Positions 18,722 to 28,753 of a DNA stretch of 64,000 bases are shown here, one piece after another. Position 1 is the stretch's first letter; each line of letters opens with the position of its first letter. Origin of the DNA: Deltaproteobacteria bacterium (GTDB taxonomy: Bacteria > Myxococcota > Kuafuiibacteriia > Kuafuiibacteriales > Kuafuiibacteriaceae); the NCBI GenBank assembly GCA_040218735.1, contig JAVJQW010000023.1, forward strand, positions 96,001 through 160,000. Direction: 5' to 3'. Made by a program: the position numbers and the translations under genes. Under the pieces are notes generated by a model that was given only the letters and a program-made list of their open reading frames with translations, searched no databases and was not told the origin of the DNA.

Positions 18722-19759
18722 GTGGTCGTCGCCTTCCAGCAGCTCGTCGGACAAGACGAAGCGACGCGACGGCTGACGGCGCTCGCGAGCTCCGGTCGAG
18801 TCCCGCACGCGCTGCTGTTCATCGGTCAGAACAGCGTCGGCAAACGCACCGCCGCGCGCATCCTCGCGCAGGTGTTGCTGTGTACGGGAGATCGATCGCC
18901 GGGGACGGCGTGTGGTGTGTGCCCGGGTTGTCAGAAGTTCGAAGGTGGCAACCACGGCGACTACACCGAGGTCGCGACCGAGGAGCGCAACCTGAAGATC
19001 GCCGCGATCCGCGACGCGACCCGACAGCTCGCGCTGCGCCCCGTCGAAGGCGGCAAGAAGGTGCTGCTGATCGACGACGCCGAGAAGATGGTGTGGCAGG
19101 CGCAGAACGCGCTCCTCAAGACGCTCGAAGAGCCTCCGGGCGACGCGCACCTCATCCTCGTGACGTCACGCCTTCGTTCGATCCTCCCGACGGTCGTCTC
19201 GCGGTGTCAGCGGATCGCGTTCAAGCCGATCCCCACCGAGCGCGTGGCGCAGATGGTCGCGGAGCGCCTCGGGGTCGACGAGCGGCAAGCCATGTTGCTC
19301 GCGGCGCTCGCGTCGGGATCCCTCGGGCGTGCGGTCGAGCTCGATCCGACGGAGGTCATCGAGCGGCGCGACCAGGTCGCGGAGCTGGACGAGAAGCTGG
19401 AGCCGAACCGCGCGAAGAGCGCGATCGAAGCGCTGGAGGGAGCGTCGACGATCGCGAGCGACCGCGCCGAGCTCCTCGCGTGCCTGCCGGTGCTCGAGAC
19501 GTGGCTGCACGACCAGATGTTGATCGCCGCGGGGCCGCGCGGTCGGAGCGTGGCGAACCTGGACCGCGAGGCGGATCTGGTGCGCCTCGCCGAGCGGCGC
19601 GGGTTGCCGCGGATCCTGCGCAGGCTCGACACGGTGCTGGAGGCACGGCGCCAGCTGGAGCTCCCGTACAACTTCAACCCGCTGATGATCGCGGAGCAGA
19701 TGTGCCTGCAGCTCGCGGGGCACGTGCCATTCGAGGTCGCCGACCGGCAGGCGTTGTGA
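18722..19759 (+). CDS. holB: DNA polymerase III subunit delta'
   Basis: HALLFIG..VGK; LLC...ACGVCPGC zinc cluster; AQNALLKTLEEP; LPTVVSRCQ. Confidence 0.93.
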   Translation: MVVAFQQLVGQDEATRRLTALASSGRVPHALLFIGQNSVGKRTAARILAQVLLCTGDRSPGTACGVCPGCQKFEGGNHGDYTEVATEERNLKIAAIRDATRQLALRPVEGGKKVLLIDDAEKMVWQAQNALLKTLEEPPGDAHLILVTSRLRSILPTVVSRCQRIAFKPIPTERVAQMVAERLGVDERQAMLLAALASGSLGRAVELDPTEVIERRDQVAELDEKLEPNRAKSAIEALEGASTIASDRAELLACLPVLETWLHDQMLIAAGPRGRSVANLDREADLVRLAERRGLPRILRRLDTVLEARRQLELPYNFNPLMIAEQMCLQLAGHVPFEVADRQAL

Positions 19760-19774
19760 CACTCTCCCGCGGTC

Positions 19775-21802
19775 ATGAGCGATCGCACCATCGTCACCGC
19801 GGCGCTCCCGTACGCGAACGGGAGCATCCACATCGGGCACCTCGTCGAGTACACGATGACCGACGTGTACGTGCGGGCGCTTCGCCTCTCCGGTGAAGAC
19901 GCGTACTACATCTGCGCGGACGACACGCACGGAACCCCCATCGAGCTCAACGCACGCAAGGCGGGTGTCACGCCGGAGGAGTTCGTGGCGCGGTTTGCGG
20001 AGGAGCACGTCCGCGATCTCGAAGCGTTCGGGATCGAGTTTGCGAGCTTCTATTCGACCAACGCCCCCGAGAACAAGAAGTGGGCGGAGGAGATCTACGG
20101 GAAGCTGAAGGACGGTGGGTACGTCGAGAAGCGGACGCTGAAGCAGCTCTACGACGAGGAGGCGAAGCGGTTCCTCCCCGATCGTTTCGTGAAGGGCACG
20201 TGCCCGAACTGCAAGACGCCGGACCAGTACGGGGACGTGTGTGAGTCGTGCAAGAAGACGTACGACCCGACGGATCTGATCGACCCGTATAGCGTGATCA
20301 CCAAGACGACGCCGGTGCTGAAGGACTCGGAGCACCTGTTCGTCTCACTCGCGAAGTTCGAGGACTTCCTCCGGACGTGGTCGTCGACCGAGGGGCGCCT
20401 CCAGCCGGACGTGAAGAAGTTCATCGACACGTGGTTGGAGGGGGGCCTCGCGGACTGGTGCATCTCGCGAGACGCGCCGTACTTCGGGTTCGAGATCCCC
20501 GGCGAGCCGGGCAAGTACTTCTACGTGTGGTTGGACGCGCCGGTCGGGTACATCTCCTCGACGGAGAACTGGGCGAACACCAGCGGTCAGCCGGCGGCGG
20601 TCGACGAGGTGTGGCGGGAGAAGAAGGGGCGTGTCGTCCACGTCATCGGGAAGGACATCATCTACTTCCACACGCTCTTCTGGCCCGCGATGTTGCAGGC
20701 GGCCGGGCTGAAGACACCGGACCAAGTGCACGTGCACGGCATGTTGATGGTCGACGGCGTGAAGATGTCGAAGTCGCGCGGCACGTTCATCAACGCGGCG
20801 ACGTACCTGGAGCACCTCGATGCGATCTATCTTCGTTACTACTTCGCGTCGAAGATCGGCGCGTCGAGTGACGACATCGATCTGAACCTCGAGGAGTTCG
20901 TGAACCGCGTGAATGCGGAGCTCGTGAACACCCTCGCGAACCTGGTGTCGCGCGGGGCTTCGTTCCTCGTGAACAAACTCGGCGGCAAGTACGGGAAGCT
21001 CCCGGCGGATGCGGGTCCGCACGTCGAAGAGGTGAAGCGGCTCCTCGGTGAGGCGGAGGCGGCGTACAAGGCGTTCGATCTCGCGCGCGGCGTGCGCGCG
21101 GGTGTCGAGATCGCGGTGCTCGGCAACAAACTCTTCCAGGACGGCGCGCCGTGGAAGCTCATCAAGGAGGACGAGGCGAAGACGCTGGAGCTCGTCACGC
21201 TGTGCCTCAACATCGCGCGGGCGGCGACGGTCGCCGTCGCGCCAGCGGTGCCGATGTTCGCGGACAAGGTGTACGGGGTGCTCGGGCTCGAGGGCGCGCC
21301 GAAGTCGTTCGCGGAGGGGGCGAGCTTCGATCTGGTGGAGCGCGCGGCGGGGACGCCGGAGCGCCTCGTGGATCGCATCGACCTGAAGACGGTGAACAAG
21401 ATCGTGGATGCGTCGAAGGTCGAGGAGGCGCCGAAGGGTCCGGTGCTCCGCGAGGGCGTGGAGCCGATCGCCGAGGAGATCACGATCGACGACTTCATGA
21501 AGATCGATCTGCGCGTCGGGTTGGTGCAGAACGCCGAGCACGTCGAGGGCGCGAAGAAGCTGCTGCGCCTGACCATCGACGTCGGCGAGGATCGGCCGCG
21601 CAACGTCTTCGCGGGGATCCGCGAGGCGTACGAGCCCGAAGAGCTCATCGGGAAGAAGGTCGCCGTCGTCGCGAACCTCGCGCCGCGCAAGATGAAGTTC
21701 GGGATGAGCGAGGGCATGGTCATCGCGGCGGGGCCCGGCAAGAAGGAGATCTGGGTGTTGAACGTGCCGGACGACGCGCCGCCCGGATCGCGCATCCGCT
21801 AG
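19775..21802 (+). CDS. metG: Methionine--tRNA ligase
   Basis: [13 protein letters not shown]; CPNC/CESC knuckle; KMSKS; C-terminal tRNA-binding OB domain. Confidence 0.98.
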   Translation: MSDRTIVTAALPYANGSIHIGHLVEYTMTDVYVRALRLSGEDAYYICADDTHGTPIELNARKAGVTPEEFVARFAEEHVRDLEAFGIEFASFYSTNAPENKKWAEEIYGKLKDGGYVEKRTLKQLYDEEAKRFLPDRFVKGTCPNCKTPDQYGDVCESCKKTYDPTDLIDPYSVITKTTPVLKDSEHLFVSLAKFEDFLRTWSSTEGRLQPDVKKFIDTWLEGGLADWCISRDAPYFGFEIPGEPGKYFYVWLDAPVGYISSTENWANTSGQPAAVDEVWREKKGRVVHVIGKDIIYFHTLFWPAMLQAAGLKTPDQVHVHGMLMVDGVKMSKSRGTFINAATYLEHLDAIYLRYYFASKIGASSDDIDLNLEEFVNRVNAELVNTLANLVSRGASFLVNKLGGKYGKLPADAGPHVEEVKRLLGEAEAAYKAFDLARGVRAGVEIAVLGNKLFQDGAPWKLIKEDEAKTLELVTLCLNIARAATVAVAPAVPMFADKVYGVLGLEGAPKSFAEGASFDLVERAAGTPERLVDRIDLKTVNKIVDASKVEEAPKGPVLREGVEPIAEEITIDDFMKIDLRVGLVQNAEHVEGAKKLLRLTIDVGEDRPRNVFAGIREAYEPEELIGKKVAVVANLAPRKMKFGMSEGMVIAAGPGKKEIWVLNVPDDAPPGSRIR

Positions 21803-22773
21803 TGGCCGAAGAGGCACCCATCGCGGAGCGCGTCCGCAGCGGTTCGGCCGAAGCCCGCCTCGAGGCGCTCCTCGCGGCGATGGAGCAACCGCCCGACGAA
21901 GCGCTCGTCGCGGCGGTGACCGCCACCCTCGACGACGAACACCCCGGGCTCCGACAGGCGGCGCTCGAAGCGGTCGGTCGCTTCGCGACGTTCGGGGGCC
22001 ACACGTTCGAGCTCGCGGTCCTCGAACGCGCGGTGCAGCTCACGATGGACGACAGCGCGCGCGTGCGCGCCGAGGCGGCGTCGACACTCGCGCAGCTTCA
22101 CGACGATTTGGACCACGCGCCTCGCCTCCAAGCGCTCCGGCGACTGCTGCGCGACGACGAGCCTGGCGTCCGACAGGAAGCCGCCGCTGCGCTCGGCGAT
22201 CTGCGCGATGCGGAGGCAGCGGATGCGCTCGCAGAGCGACTGGAGGACTCCGACGCGGGCGTGCGCTTCGAGGCCGCGTTTGCGCTGGCGGGGCTCCGCG
22301 ACGCACGCGCCCGACCGCACCTCGAGGGCGCGCTTCGCCAGACGCGGGTTCGACTCGACGCGATGAAGGCGTTGGGGATGCTCGGCGACGAAGCTTCGAT
22401 CGATCCTCTCGAGCGATTCGCGTCGCGGTGGTTCCTGGGCTGGGCGGATCGCCTGACGGCGTACGCAACGCTCTACCGGCTGGGGCGCCGTGGCTACGCC
22501 GAGAAGATCCTCGCGCGGACGTCATCGCGCAACGTCCAGGAGCGCACGTACGCGGTCGCGCTGATCGGATCGCACACGATCGAAGAGGGCGCGACGTTGT
22601 TGGTCACGTTGGCCGAGGACCCGGCGGCGCCCCTACGCGAGACGGCGATCGATGCGCTCGGCGCTCTGGGTCGCGAGGAGCACGCCGGCGTCCTGGAGCG
22701 GATCGCCCGAGACGACTCCGCCGATCCCACGACCCGACGCGTCGCACAGGACGCGCTACTGAAGCTGAGCTAG
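21802..22773 (+). CDS. HEAT repeat protein
   Basis: Repeats such as DDEPGVRQEAAAALG and DSDAGVRFEAAFALA; GTG overlaps the metG stop. Confidence 0.85.
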   Translation: MAEEAPIAERVRSGSAEARLEALLAAMEQPPDEALVAAVTATLDDEHPGLRQAALEAVGRFATFGGHTFELAVLERAVQLTMDDSARVRAEAASTLAQLHDDLDHAPRLQALRRLLRDDEPGVRQEAAAALGDLRDAEAADALAERLEDSDAGVRFEAAFALAGLRDARARPHLEGALRQTRVRLDAMKALGMLGDEASIDPLERFASRWFLGWADRLTAYATLYRLGRRGYAEKILARTSSRNVQERTYAVALIGSHTIEEGATLLVTLAEDPAAPLRETAIDALGALGREEHAGVLERIARDDSADPTTRRVAQDALLKLS

Positions 22774-25700
22774 CGGCGACGCCGCAGGAAGATCGGCGCG
22801 AGCAACAACACCACCCACAGACCACCGCGGTCCTGCGCCGTGGCGTTGCACCCGCAGCCGCCGTCGTCGTCTCGTGTGCCGATCATGCCCCCGCCGTCCG
22901 GGCTGACGCCCGCGTCGGGCTCGTCGCCGGCGACCATCAAGATCACCGAGTCGCTCTCGTCGCCGGGTCCGGCTTCGTCGCTGTCGCTGGTGACGGAGCC
23001 CGAGAACGTGAGCGCGCCCGACGCGTCGTCGTCGACGGTGAAGTCGAAGCGCACAGGTCGGTTGCGGTCGGGGTTGAGCAGCCCGATCGTGCACGTGTCG
23101 GTGGCCGACGGATCTTCGAAGCAGCCGCGGGACTCCACGATCGTGACGCCGTCCGGCAGCGTCACCGCGACGACGACGTTGGTGGCGGCGCCCGGCCCGG
23201 CGTTGGCCGGCGTCAGCGTGAGCGTGCCGGTGTCGCCGGGCTCGGCCTCGGTCGCGTCGAGCTCGGCGACGAGCGACAGATCGACGTCCGTCGGCGGCAA
23301 GACCTGAAGCGTCACCGTACCGCTGTCGTTGGTCGTGTCGTTTCCGTCGCTCGACGTCGTGGCGACGACACTCACCGTCACCTCGGTGTCCGTCGCGACC
23401 TCGCCGCCGACGAGGACCAACGTGACGTCGGTCGCGACCGATGCGCTGACCGTGCCGAGCTCGCAGCGCGGCGCGCCGTTCGGATCGTTGTCACAACCCG
23501 CGGTGTTCATCAGGGTGAGCTCGTCGGGGAGCGTGAACGTCGCGACGACGTCGGCGGCGTCGGCCGGACCGGCTTCGACGCGGAGGTTGAACGTGGCGGC
23601 GTCGCCGGTCTCGACCGCGGCCGGGCCGGTGAGCGTCACGACGACGTCGGAGCGGATCGTCGGCGTCAGCGTCATCGTGTTCGTATTGCTCCCGGGGAGC
23701 GGGTCGACGGCGTCCGCACTCGCGGTGAGCCGCGTCGTGAAGTCGGCCGTCGCTGATCCCGCGACCATGCCCGTGAACTCGATGCGGCTCCGTTCGCCGG
23801 GGAGCATCGTGCCGAGGCCGCAGGTCGGTGCGCCCGCCGGGTCCTCGTTACAACCCACCGTCGTGACCATCGTGAGCTCGGGCGGCGCGTTCAGCGCGAC
23901 GCTGACGTTCGTCGCGTCCGAGGGCCCGTTGTTCGTCACGAGCACCTCGAAGGTGACCGGACCGCCGGAGACCACCTCTTCGCGCGGCGGCACGATCCCC
24001 AGGAGCAAGTCGGATTGCGGAACGAGAGGGATCGTCCCGCCCGCGGTGTCGTTGCCCGCGTTGCCGTCCGTGTCGTTGCTCACGACGACGACGTTGAAGC
24101 TCGGGCTCCCCGTCGCACCGGAGGGGACGTCGTCGGTGATCGTGAACTGCGTCGAGCTCCCGGCCGCCGACGGCGCGTTGGCCAACGTGCAGGTCGGGAC
24201 GCCCTGCGGGTCCTCGACACAGCCGCTCGTCACGGGGGACGTGAGCTCGGAGGGGAGCGTCGTCGTCACGACGCCGCCGCTCGACGCGGACGGGCCTTGG
24301 TTGGTGACGACGACCGTGAACACCACCGGGTCGCCGCCCGGGACGATCGTCGAAGGCGCGCTGCTCACCGCGATGGAGAGATCCGAGATGAGCTCGATGA
24401 ACCGCGTGATGCTCCCGGTGTCGTTGCCGGGGACGGACTCGGGGGAGTCGGACTGCGCCGTGCCCGAGAGCGTCACGGTTCCGGTGGTGTCGTCGTTGGT
24501 CGTGGCCACCACCGTCACGGTCTGGGAGCCCCCCGCCGGGATGTTGCCGAGCGAACAGCTCGGGACGCCGGCGGGATCCTCGGCGCAGCCGGTGGTCGTC
24601 GCGCCGGTGAAGAGCGGATCGAGCGGGAGCGCGAGCGTCGTGTTGACGGCCTCGCCGGGGCCGGCGTTGGTGACGATGACGTCGTAGCTCAGCGGCAAGC
24701 CACCTTGCGCGCTGGTCGACGACGTGACCTGCACCGAGAGATCGACCGGCTCCACGACGGGCACCATCACCGTCGCGCCGTTGTTGGTTCCGTCGGGGTC
24801 GGTCTCGGTCGTCGTCGCGTCGATGTTGAACGCGAGGAGCGCGGGGCCCGCGTAGTTGGCGGGGACGGCGTAGGTCGAGTCGATCGTCGCGGTGGTGTTC
24901 CCGTCCATGTTGCCGAGCGCGCAGGGGAACGGCGTGTTGCACCCGCCGGTGTTCGATACGAAGTTGAGCCCGGCGGGCGGCGTCGCGGTGACGTTGACGG
25001 AGGTCGCGATGTCCGGCCCGAGGTTGTCGATCTGCGAGGACAGCGTGACGGTGCCGCCGCGGAAGGTCGTGGGGGGACCGACCGCCGTGACCTGGAGGTC
25101 CGCCATACAGGCGTTCGGGTCCACGTCGACGACCACGGAGGTGCGCTCGTCGGCGCACCCCTCTGTTCCGAGCTGCCAGTCGAAGAACCAGTAGTAGTAG
25201 GTGTTGGTGGTGTTGAAGGTCTGGCCGGTGATGACCAGGTTCCCGTCGGTCGAAGTCATCGGGTAGGTCACGCCGGAGTTGATGCGGAAGACGGTGGGCA
25301 CGGTCCCGAGGAGATCGAGCACGTACCCCGTGCCCGGCGGGATGGTGAAGTTGAGCGGAATCGTCACGGCGCCCGCGGCCGGCGCGACCGCGTTCGCAGT
25401 CTGGAGGACGGTGCCGCCCTGCGGGACGCGGTCGCTCAACAACCGGACGACGACGTTGCCGGCGCCGTTGGTGTAGATCGTCACCGACGTGAGCGTGACG
25501 GTGTTGATGACGTTGAAGATCAACCCGTAGGGATCCGTGGATCGAAGATCCGGCGACAGGTATGCGCCCGTGCCCGCCGACATGTTGGGCAACCCGACCG
25601 TCGCGATGTTGTTGAGGCGTTCGACGTAGTACGTCGACATCGCCGTCAACGCGGGCGTCGTGAAGCTCGCCCCCATCGCGACCGCGGCGCCGCCGGTCGC

Positions 25701-26192
25701 GACGTTGAACCACGCGTACGCCGACGAGGGTTCGGGCCCGACCTGGATGGTGGCGGTCGTGCCGGGGCAGACCGCCGGCATGGCCACGATCGGGACGCGC
25801 CCGGGACTGATCGGGATCGACACGGCGACGTTGTCGTTCGCGGGGTTCGTGTCGTTGGGGAGCGCCGTGGTGACGTCGATGCCGACCGTGCCGCCGTTGA
25901 AGGTGTCGATCGGACCGATCGTCGCGTCGAGCGTGCCGTTGGCCGGGACGGGCCCGGCGACGGTCGCCGAGAGCATCGCCGGTGTCGCGCCGGTGATCAC
26001 GGCGCTCACCGGGACGTTCGTGATCGCGGACTGCGTCGGGTTGGTCAGCGTGACGACGACGTCCTGCTGCGAAACACCGCACGCGTCGGGCGCGGGCATG
26101 GCCACGCCGCTGACCCCGATGTCCTGAGCGTAAGTTTCGAGCGGCAGTGCGAAGACGAGCGCCGCGAATCCGAGGAGGGGAGAAGTCCGCAT
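22770..26192 (-). CDS. Large surface protein: CARDB/Ig-like N-terminal modules, six DUF11-like repeats, MYXO-CTERM anchor
   Basis: Signal peptide MRTSPLLGFAALVFALP; repeats xDLxV...VTNxGP...GCxEDP...CxLG...ND; C-terminus GGCGCNATAQ-hydrophobic-RRRR. Confidence 0.88.
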   Translation of the reverse strand: MRTSPLLGFAALVFALPLETYAQDIGVSGVAMPAPDACGVSQQDVVVTLTNPTQSAITNVPVSAVITGATPAMLSATVAGPVPANGTLDATIGPIDTFNGGTVGIDVTTALPNDTNPANDNVAVSIPISPGRVPIVAMPAVCPGTTATIQVGPEPSSAYAWFNVATGGAAVAMGASFTTPALTAMSTYYVERLNNIATVGLPNMSAGTGAYLSPDLRSTDPYGLIFNVINTVTLTSVTIYTNGAGNVVVRLLSDRVPQGGTVLQTANAVAPAAGAVTIPLNFTIPPGTGYVLDLLGTVPTVFRINSGVTYPMTSTDGNLVITGQTFNTTNTYYYWFFDWQLGTEGCADERTSVVVDVDPNACMADLQVTAVGPPTTFRGGTVTLSSQIDNLGPDIATSVNVTATPPAGLNFVSNTGGCNTPFPCALGNMDGNTTATIDSTYAVPANYAGPALLAFNIDATTTETDPDGTNNGATVMVPVVEPVDLSVQVTSSTSAQGGLPLSYDVIVTNAGPGEAVNTTLALPLDPLFTGATTTGCAEDPAGVPSCSLGNIPAGGSQTVTVVATTNDDTTGTVTLSGTAQSDSPESVPGNDTGSITRFIELISDLSIAVSSAPSTIVPGGDPVVFTVVVTNQGPSASSGGVVTTTLPSELTSPVTSGCVEDPQGVPTCTLANAPSAAGSSTQFTITDDVPSGATGSPSFNVVVVSNDTDGNAGNDTAGGTIPLVPQSDLLLGIVPPREEVVSGGPVTFEVLVTNNGPSDATNVSVALNAPPELTMVTTVGCNEDPAGAPTCGLGTMLPGERSRIEFTGMVAGSATADFTTRLTASADAVDPLPGSNTNTMTLTPTIRSDVVVTLTGPAAVETGDAATFNLRVEAGPADAADVVATFTLPDELTLMNTAGCDNDPNGAPRCELGTVSASVATDVTLVLVGGEVATDTEVTVSVVATTSSDGNDTTNDSGTVTLQVLPPTDVDLSLVAELDATEAEPGDTGTLTLTPANAGPGAATNVVVAVTLPDGVTIVESRGCFEDPSATDTCTIGLLNPDRNRPVRFDFTVDDDASGALTFSGSVTSDSDEAGPGDESDSVILMVAGDEPDAGVSPDGGGMIGTRDDDGGCGCNATAQDRGGLWVVLLLAPIFLRRRR

Positions 26193-26263
26193 GGCGGACA
26201 GCATAAGGGGGAACGTGAGCGCACGACACGGGGCGGCGGTGCGCACATGTGGGAGGTGATCGC

Positions 26264-27739
26264 TCAGTCGATCGCGAAGCAGTAGATGCGACCGATCGCG
26301 AGCGTGCCCGCGAGGCTCGTCTCGTCGCAGCCGATCGTGGGGTGCGCGTCGTTCCACGTCCCCTGGTTCTTCGGCGAGTCCGTGTCCTCGTGACCGACCC
26401 ACGCGGTGTCGTTCGGTGAGCTCGACGTCCAGTCCGCGCAGGTCTGCGGCGGGTCGGTCTTGTCCGACGCGCCGACGAGCCGGCCACCGCTGTCGGAGCC
26501 GGTGAAGATGTCGTGCGCGCGATCGAACAGCGTGGCGTTCGGGTTGATCGCGTCGACCTCGAATCCACACGCCGACTTCATGAGCGGCGCCGCGATCCCG
26601 GTGCCGCCGTTTTCGTGGTGGATGAACGCGAGGTCACCCACGGACGTGCCGTCGTAGTTGAACCAGGGGCCCGCGCCGATGCGATCCCGCGCGTCGACGC
26701 GCCCGAACGTCGGGTCCGCGAGCGCCGAGAGGTACGCGCGCCACGTGCGCCCACCCGCGCCGGCCGCGGAGGCCGCCGCCTGACAGATCGCGTCGGCGCC
26801 GGCGAGGCCGCCGAGGTTGCCGCCCATCGGGCCGCTCCCCTGCTCCGTCATGAAGAACGACATGTTCGCGGCGGGTGTGCACTCCCGCATCTCGCCGCCG
26901 TCGCGCGGGCCGCCGTCGCGGAAGCCGGCGTCGCGAACGCCGCCGTCGCGGAAGCCGGCGTCGCGCACGCCGCCGTCGCGCGGGGGCGGCGTCTCGGTGG
27001 AGAAGCAGTAGATGCGACCGATCGCGAGCGTCTCGCCGAGGCTCGTCTCGTCGCAGCCGGTCGTCGGGTGCGCGTCGTTCCAGGCGCCGGTGTTCGTCGG
27101 GTTGTCGGTGTCCTCGTGGCCGACCCACGCGGTGTCACTCGCCGCGCTCGACGTCCAGTCGGCGCAGGTCTGCGGCGGATCGTCGGGGCCGTTGCCGCCG
27201 ACGAGCCCACCCGACACGTCGGTGCCGGTGAAGATGTCGTGCGCGCGGTTGAACAACGTCGCGTTCGGGTTCTCGGCGTCGATCTGATAGCCGTCTTCGG
27301 CGAACATCAGCTCGCCGCGGATGCCGCCGTTGTGGATGGAGGCGCCGTCGCCGATCTGCTCGCCGCAGTAGTTGAACCACGGTCCCTGCCCGATGCGATC
27401 GCGTGCGTCGATGCGGCCGAAGGTGGGGTCGTCGAGCGCCGAAAGGTACGCGACCCATCCGCCTCGTGTGCTGCCGGCCGCGCTGGCTGCGGCCGCGCAT
27501 ATCGCGTCGGCGCCGGCGAGGCCGCCGAAGTCACCGCTGCGGTTGCCTTCGCGCGTGAAGAAGAACGTCATGTTCGGCGACTGCTGCGAGCAGTCGACGC
27601 CGGGCCCCGCGTCGCGCGGACCGCCGTCGCGCCCGGGCGGGCCCGCGTCGCGTTCCGGAAAACCGCCCGCGCTTCCGCAGGCGACGAGCAGTGCTGAGGA
27701 GGAGAGCAGGAAGAGGTGTCGTCGCACTGAAAGGATCAT
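26264..27739 (-). CDS. Lipoprotein with two tandem endostatin/C-type-lectin-like (DUF1554-like) domains
   Basis: Lipobox LLVAC; two copies of GGLAGADAIC...AYLS...ARDRIGxGPWFN...HDIFTG...GRIYCF. Confidence 0.8.
   Translation of the reverse strand: MILSVRRHLFLLSSSALLVACGSAGGFPERDAGPPGRDGGPRDAGPGVDCSQQSPNMTFFFTREGNRSGDFGGLAGADAICAAAASAAGSTRGGWVAYLSALDDPTFGRIDARDRIGQGPWFNYCGEQIGDGASIHNGGIRGELMFAEDGYQIDAENPNATLFNRAHDIFTGTDVSGGLVGGNGPDDPPQTCADWTSSAASDTAWVGHEDTDNPTNTGAWNDAHPTTGCDETSLGETLAIGRIYCFSTETPPPRDGGVRDAGFRDGGVRDAGFRDGGPRDGGEMRECTPAANMSFFMTEQGSGPMGGNLGGLAGADAICQAAASAAGAGGRTWRAYLSALADPTFGRVDARDRIGAGPWFNYDGTSVGDLAFIHHENGGTGIAAPLMKSACGFEVDAINPNATLFDRAHDIFTGSDSGGRLVGASDKTDPPQTCADWTSSSPNDTAWVGHEDTDSPKNQGTWNDAHPTIGCDETSLAGTLAIGRIYCFAID
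26890..26985 (-). repeat. RDGG/RDAG pentapeptide tandem repeat (15-bp unit) linker
   Basis: PRDGGVRDAGFRDGGVRDAGFRDGGPRDGG. Confidence 0.9.
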
Positions 27740-28710
27740 AGCCCATCGCGCCACCAGGCGGCGACGCGGTCTGCGACGTGCGCGTGACTCGGCGCACTCG
27801 GGTGGAAATCACCCGGGATGTACCAGGTCTCCCAACCCTCGGGGGGATCGTCGCGACCGGGGCGAATCAGGTCGATGTCGAGGTCGGCGAGCGGGTCGTT
27901 GGCGCACAGCGCGGGGGTGCCGCGGATCGCCCAGTCGACGACGGCGAAGCGGGCATCGCGCGCTTCGGCCTCGCGCTGCATCTCGGTGATGAGCGCGCGC
28001 GTGAGCTTCGGGGTCGGCGGCGGGCCGCGGTGGGTTCGGACGAGGCGAACGTAGGCCCACAGGTGTGAGTAGCTCCGGTCGGCGCTGCGGACGGGCCGGT
28101 GCACTTGTTTGACACCGTCGGGGCTCAGCGCGAACGCGGGCTTGGTGCCGGGGAAGCGACGCTCCGGCATCCACAGGCGACGGTCTTCGTTGGCGTTGCG
28201 ACGGATGTGATCACACACGAAGCCGTACACGACGGCGCGTGTGTCGAACCGATCGGCGAAACGACGGAGCTGCACGAGCGCCTGGTCGGTGCCGAAGCCC
28301 TGGACCGCGACGTTCACGATCTGCAGATCGAGGCGCCGCTCGAGCTGGCCCGCGATCGATGCTTCGTAGGAGACACCGTGTCCGAACATGAACGAGCCGC
28401 CGATCAGCAGCATCGTCGGGCGCTTCGGATCGAGCGCGGTCGTCGCCGTAGGGACGCGGATGCCCGCGGCGTCGAAGTACATCGTGACCTCGACCCCCGC
28501 GTCGCCGAAGGCGAGCGTCGCCGAGTTGTCGGGGACGTAGGACCAGCCGGTCGCGTCGTCGAACTGGGCGATCGTCTCTTCGTCCGCGGCGAGCACGCCC
28601 TTGAACGGGCGGCCCGTCACGCGGAGCGCCACTTCGAAGACGAGGGCGCCCAACGCGAACGTCAAGATGACGATCGCCGCCGAAGCAAGAGCGGCTCGGG
28701 CACGGCCCAC
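27736..28710 (-). CDS. Membrane-anchored SGNH/GDSL hydrolase-like protein
   Basis: N-terminal TM; LLIGGSFMFGHGV block I; NVAVQGFGTDQ; DFHP block V. Confidence 0.7.
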   Translation of the reverse strand: MGRARAALASAAIVILTFALGALVFEVALRVTGRPFKGVLAADEETIAQFDDATGWSYVPDNSATLAFGDAGVEVTMYFDAAGIRVPTATTALDPKRPTMLLIGGSFMFGHGVSYEASIAGQLERRLDLQIVNVAVQGFGTDQALVQLRRFADRFDTRAVVYGFVCDHIRRNANEDRRLWMPERRFPGTKPAFALSPDGVKQVHRPVRSADRSYSHLWAYVRLVRTHRGPPPTPKLTRALITEMQREAEARDARFAVVDWAIRGTPALCANDPLADLDIDLIRPGRDDPPEGWETWYIPGDFHPSAPSHAHVADRVAAWWRDGL

Positions 28711-28753
28711 CGCGGATCTGTTTGCCGCCGATCGAGCCGGCGTGCAACCGGGC

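Noticed and set aside
26890-26985. Possible CRISPR-like repeat array
   Set aside because: In-frame 15-bp coding repeats with no spacers and no cas genes.
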